Source: Eledone cirrhosa
Taxonomy: Eukaryota
DNA: 64,000 nt
Direction: 5' to 3'
NCBI GenBank assembly: GCA_964016885.1
Contig: OZ024741.1
Coordinates: 135,904,001 to 135,968,000 of the forward strand
Below, piece by piece: positions 58,634 through 64,000 of this stretch; position 1 is the first letter of the stretch; each line of letters begins with the position of its first letter. The notes under the pieces are model-generated. The model was not told the DNA's origin and ran no database searches. It saw nothing but the letters and a program-made list of their open reading frames with translations. The translations under genes and the position numbers were made by a program.

Positions 58634-59264
58634 ACGACTTAATAATTCCACGAATACAACATTAACGTCATCTTTCAGTGTTATTACGGACCGTTACTAT
58701 AGGGTTATAGTAGATCTTAACCAATCTAAGCTTAGTGTATGATTCACTCCAGTAATGCATACCCACATTACAGACCAGGTGTAATAATCAATTGATGGGA
58801 AATATATGCGTGACAGAATTTAGACTTTGTACTTCTTCATTTTGAAGTATATAGTTCAGCAACAACTACTAATTGGAGTTAACATGAAAGTGGAACGTCT
58901 GTGCTTAAAACGTATTTTGCGTTGATCACTTATTTAGTTTCATAGCGGTTATAGAGTTAAGATATGTTAATTTTGTCGTTGAATTAACGTATATTTTCAT
59001 TGATTTTTATTATTGATTATTGCCTCGATTTTAACAGCTGAAACCAACAGTAATTACCATTTCCACACTCCATCAAAGACGCAGGATTAAAAACAAATAG
59101 TTTTTGTCATATTTTAGCACACTAATATACAGAGAGTTTATTCAGAATAGATATTCAATACGTCCTTGCTTATGTGTCTACTAATATAAATTCACTCTTG
59201 CTTCGTAACAGTTAGACATAAATACTATTAGGCATAATAATAACAGTAATAATATTTGTAATTA

Positions 59265-59456
59265 TAATAACTGTTTCTACTTTTGGCACAAGGCCAGCAA
59301 TTACCCAGTACATTATTGGTACTTTATTTTATCGACCTCGTAAGGATGAAAGGCAAAGTTAACCTCGGCGGGATTTAAACTCAGAATGGCAAGGGTCGTA
59401 ACTCTATGTGTCAAAGCATGGCGTTCGACCCTCTACCGATATTTCTAATCCACCGC
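59265..59456 (-). mobile_element. SINE family A copy
   Basis: Full-length reverse complement of the consensus. Confidence 0.86.
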
Positions 59457-60539
59457 AATAATTTCTAATTTAGGTAGAATATTATTTGACATATATTTTA
59501 TCGATCCCAGAATAACGAAAAGCAAATTTGACCTCAGCATCATTTGATCTCTGCTAAGCATATCTCTGACGTTCTAATGACTGAAAACATTTTCTAATAT
59601 TAATAATAGTGATGATGATGATGATTTCAAACATAGGAACATGGTCTGGAATTTGAGAAAAGAGTACAGTATATTACATGGACCACAGTTTTAAAACCTC
59701 GGACATGGAAGGTAGGACTTACATCGCTTATTGGATGAAATGCATAGGTCTCTTACATTGGCCCAGAGACACATATTTGTGGAGCAAAGAACAGTTGATT
59801 AAATGTCCTCGAAACCTGACTGGTATTATCAGCTGTGAAAAAGGAAGCTTTAATCAACTCCAATGAAATTTGAACATAGGTAAATAGTACAAGATATTCT
59901 GGGACAGTGCTCACGCTATGAACTACTGAGATTCGAATCCAGGACTTTTATTTGACGCTAACGTCAGATGACTAACAAAAAGCAATCATAATAAGATGTA
60001 ATACTGACGACAATACACGCAAAATGAAACGAAAGAAAAAGAAAACAATTATGTGCATAACCATTCTCCTTTAAAATTTATTGTGTTTTATAATATATAC
60101 TAACAGGAAATATCATTTGAAATCGCAATCAATTTTCATATCTAAACACAATTTAATATCCAAAGCACCATGTAAATGTATTTACTTTTCATCGACCGAT
60201 TTATATTTTATTTTAACTTAATGATAACTTTTTTGAATCATTTATCAATTACTCCATAATTAGTTATTTGCTTTATTTTTTATTTTCCTTCTGACCAATT
60301 AAAATCTATGATAAAGATAACGAAACGTAAATATGATATAAAAATATTAAGTACGGTTAACTTTCATATCGGAATACAAAATGTTTGATGAGAGTATTAA
60401 GATCATTTATCAGAAAATTAATTTCCTATTTCGACATGATCCTCTGAGAAATGGTTCGATTATCTATCTGTGTTGGTTACTTTATCGATTCAATATTTTA
60501 CAATGAAATAAGAGTTAGTATGTTGGAAACATCTCGCTG

Positions 60540-60739
60540 NNNNNNNNNNNNNNNNNNNNNNNNNNNNNNNNNNNNNNNNNNNNNNNNNNNNNNNNNNNNN
60601 NNNNNNNNNNNNNNNNNNNNNNNNNNNNNNNNNNNNNNNNNNNNNNNNNNNNNNNNNNNNNNNNNNNNNNNNNNNNNNNNNNNNNNNNNNNNNNNNNNNN
60701 NNNNNNNNNNNNNNNNNNNNNNNNNNNNNNNNNNNNNNN
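60540..60739. other. Assembly gap (200 N)
   Basis: Run of N. Confidence 1.
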
Positions 60740-60749
60740 TCTCTCTCTG

Positions 60750-60780
<31 letters not shown>

Positions 60781-60799
60781 CTATCTCTATATATATATA

Positions 60800-63693
60800 T
60801 ACAATAACAGAGATAGTTTAAAGCTAATCTCTGACTGGTAACCATCTCACTCAACAAACATTAGTTTATATTTTAATATAAACCCAATTTAAGTGTTTGG
60901 GGTGCTAACAATATGTATTATGTGGAAAAGCCAGTTGTATTATTTTATGAGATATAATTAAAGTTAAAATATATCTCTCTTTCCAAACAATTGTTTCATT
61001 ATAAGTTTTCTACAAATTCGGAGAATATTTCCAGTTTATGTAGAAGCCTAATATGCATTCATGTAAGAATATATTTAGGTGGGCGTTTATAAATCATCAG
61101 TGGAAGCCCATTAAACTTTGATATAAGAAAAAAAATTTTCTTACCGTAGTTAAAAATCGTGTCTGTTAAGTTGCTCCCTCCCGCATCGAGTGACCGGCAA
61201 ATTTGAAATTCCAGCAGTTTTTGACTGAGGAAGTATTATAGCGTCACTAAGCGGGAAGGGGAGACAATCACGATCCACGAAAGGAGAAAAAAAAATAATA
61301 TACACGCGGGTTAAACAGTTTTTTCGAAAACATTATCAATCCACCGTGTTAAGAACTCAATTGAAATTAAAAAATAAATATATGCGTGTATAAATTACAC
61401 AGGCATATCGATATTTTCTTAGGCTAAATCAGAGGTTGTACCTGAATAAGAAACCGCATCTCGTAACCGTAGTAAATACGGAAAGTTATGTATTAAAGGG
61501 CAAATGGGAATGTAAATCTCCGGCCGAATTAAGAGTAAAATATAAAACACACGCGGGTTAATTAGTTATTTCAAAACTAATATCAATTCCTCGTGTAAAG
61601 AACTCAATTAATTAAAAAAAATAAATGTATGCATGTAATTATATACATAGGCATATATATATTTTCTTAGGCTGAAAAACAGAGAAGTTACAACCAATAA
61701 AAACCACAATATCGCACAACAGTAATAAATACGGAAAGTCAAATTTATAAGGTACCTCGAAATAAACACCTCTGGCCAATCAAGAGTAAAATATTAATAC
61801 AATAACAGAGATAGTTTAAAGCTAATCTCTGACTGGTAACCATCTCACTCAACAAACATTAGTTTATATTTTAATATAAACCCAATTTAAGTGTTTGGGG
61901 AGCTAACAATATGTATTATGTGGAAAAGCCAGTTGTATTATTTTATGAGATATAATTAAAGTTAAAATATATCTCTCTTTCCAAACAATTGTTTCATTAT
62001 AAGTTTTCTACAAATTCGGAGAATATTTCCAGTTTATGTAGAAGCCTAATATACATTCATGTAAGAATATATTTAGGTGGGCGTTTATAAATCATCAGTG
62101 GAAGCCCATTAAACTTTGATATAAGAAAAAAAATTTTCTTACCGTAGTTAAAAATCGTGTCTGTTAAGTTGCTCCCTCCCGCATCGAGTGACCGGCAAAT
62201 TTGAAATTCCAGCAGTTTTTGACTGAGGAAGTATTATAGCGTCACTAAGCGGGAAGGGGAGACAATCACGATCCACGAAAGGAGAAAAAAAAATAATATA
62301 CACGCGGGTTAAACAGTTTTTTCGAAAACATTATCAATCCACCGTGTTAAGAACTCAATTGAAATTAAAAAATAAATATATGCGTGTATAAATTACACAG
62401 GCATATCGATATTTTCTTAGGCTAAATCAGAGGTTGTACCTGAATAAGAAACCGCATCTCGTAACCGTAGTAAATACGGAAAGTTATGTATTAAAGGGCA
62501 AATGGGAATGTAAATCTCCGGCCGAATTAAGAGTAAAATATAAAACACACGCGGGTTAATTAGTTATTTCAAAACTAATATCAATTCCTCGTGTAAAGAA
62601 CTCAATTAATTAAAAAAAATAAATGTATGCATGTAATTATATACATAGGCATATATATATTTTCTTAGGCTGAAAAACAGAGAAGTTACAACCAATAAAA
62701 ACCACAATATCGCACAACAGTAATAAATACGGAAAGTCAAATTTATAAGGTACCTCGAAATAAACACCTCTGGCCAATCAAGAGTAAAATATTAATACAA
62801 TAACAGAGATAGTTTAAAGCTAATCTCTGACTGGTAACCATCTCACTCAACAAACATTAGTTTATATTTTAATATAAACCCAATTTAAGTGTTTGGGGAG
62901 CTAACAATATGTATTATGTGGAAAAGCCAGTTGTATTATTTTATGAGATATAATTAAAGTTAAAATATATCTCTCTTTCCAAACAATTGTTTCATTATAA
63001 GTTTTCTACAAATTCGGAGAATATTTCCAGTTTATGTAGAAGCCTAATATACATTCATGTAAGAATATATTTAGGTGGGCGTTTATAAATCATCATTGGA
63101 AGCCCATTAAACTTTGATATAAGAAAAAAAATTTTCTTACCGTAGTTAAAAATCGTGTCTGTTAAGTTGCTCCCTCCCGCATCGAGTGACCGGCAAATTT
63201 GAAATTCCAGCAGTTTTTGACTGAGGAAGTATTATAGCGTCACTAAGCGGGAAGGGGAGACAATCACGATCCACGAAAGGAGAAAAAAAAATAATATACA
63301 CGCGGGTTAAACAGTTTTTTCGAAAACATTATCAATCCACCGTGTTAAGAACTCAATTGAAATTAAAAAATAAATATATGCGTGTATAAATTACACAGGC
63401 ATATCGATATTTTCTTAGGCTAAATCAGAGGTTGTACCTGAATAAGAAACCGCATCTCGTAACCGTAGTAAATACGGAAAGTTATGTATTAAAGGGCAAA
63501 TGGGAATGTAAATCTCCGGCCGAATTAAGAGTAAAATATAAAACACACGCGGGTTAATTAGTTATTTCAAAACTAATATCAATTCCTCGTGTAAAGAACT
63601 CAATTAATTAAAAAAATAAATGTATGCATGTAATTATATACATAGGCATATATATATTTTCTTAGGCTGAAAAACAGAGAAGTTACAACCAAT
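60800..63693. repeat. Tandem repeat, 998-bp unit x ~2.9
   Basis: AATAACAGAGATAG starts at 60803, 61801 and 62799. Units are nearly identical, and each holds a diverged ~250-bp internal duplication (61301-61548 and 61549-61797). Confidence 0.95.
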
Positions 63694-63751
<58 letters not shown>

Positions 63752-64000
63752 TTAGAAACACACAGATACATGCGGACACACACATACATACATGAATGCA
63801 TCCGCACCCAACTGTGAGTTAAGGGTGCCAACTTCACCGATGTTGCTCAATGAATGACTGGGACAGACCAATTCAGTTGAACCAGACTGAACCAGTATCA
63901 GAGTTAAAAATACATTATGAAGAGAGAAGAAACATTTAGATATAATTAGTAATAAAATGTATCATACCTAAACTGCTCCTAAATTCCTCGACTACGTAGT

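Noticed and set aside
61305-61345. UUGAUAA (U3-A8 variant) hammerhead in the 250-bp subrepeat, minus strand
   Set aside because: Stems I and II are marginal, and the motif is not kept in the sister subrepeat.

Overview
AT-rich, microsatellite-dense metazoan non-coding DNA. The SINE families and (TA)n/(CA)n load resemble an octopus or other coleoid cephalopod genome (inference). I see no intact host gene, and nearly all ORF-track calls are microsatellite read-throughs. Recognisable content: (1) a ~4.6 kb internally deleted Helitron (5527-~10110, minus) with a decayed Rep motif 3 plus PIF1-type helicase and an internal 46-bp minisatellite; (2) a 1.1 kb hATm-type DNA transposon deletion derivative; (3) about 12 copies of a young tRNA-derived SINE, several with TSDs, plus older SINEs; (4) RTE and CR1/Jockey-like LINE fragments; (5) a 48-bp minisatellite grown from a SINE tail; (6) a ~2.9 x 998-bp tandem repeat beside a 200-N gap. 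The strongest signal is a set of at least 8 unrelated short non-coding repeat families that sit in (TA)n tracts, often as fold-back inverted repeats, and each folds into a type I hammerhead ribozyme (HHR). One is a canonical HHR inside a 316-nt monomer with terminal redundancy (18418-18817), the layout of a retrozyme or circular-RNA-templated insertion. Another multi-copy family has a fixed non-canonical core (CAGAAGA). All folds were done by eye, and no activity is demonstrated.
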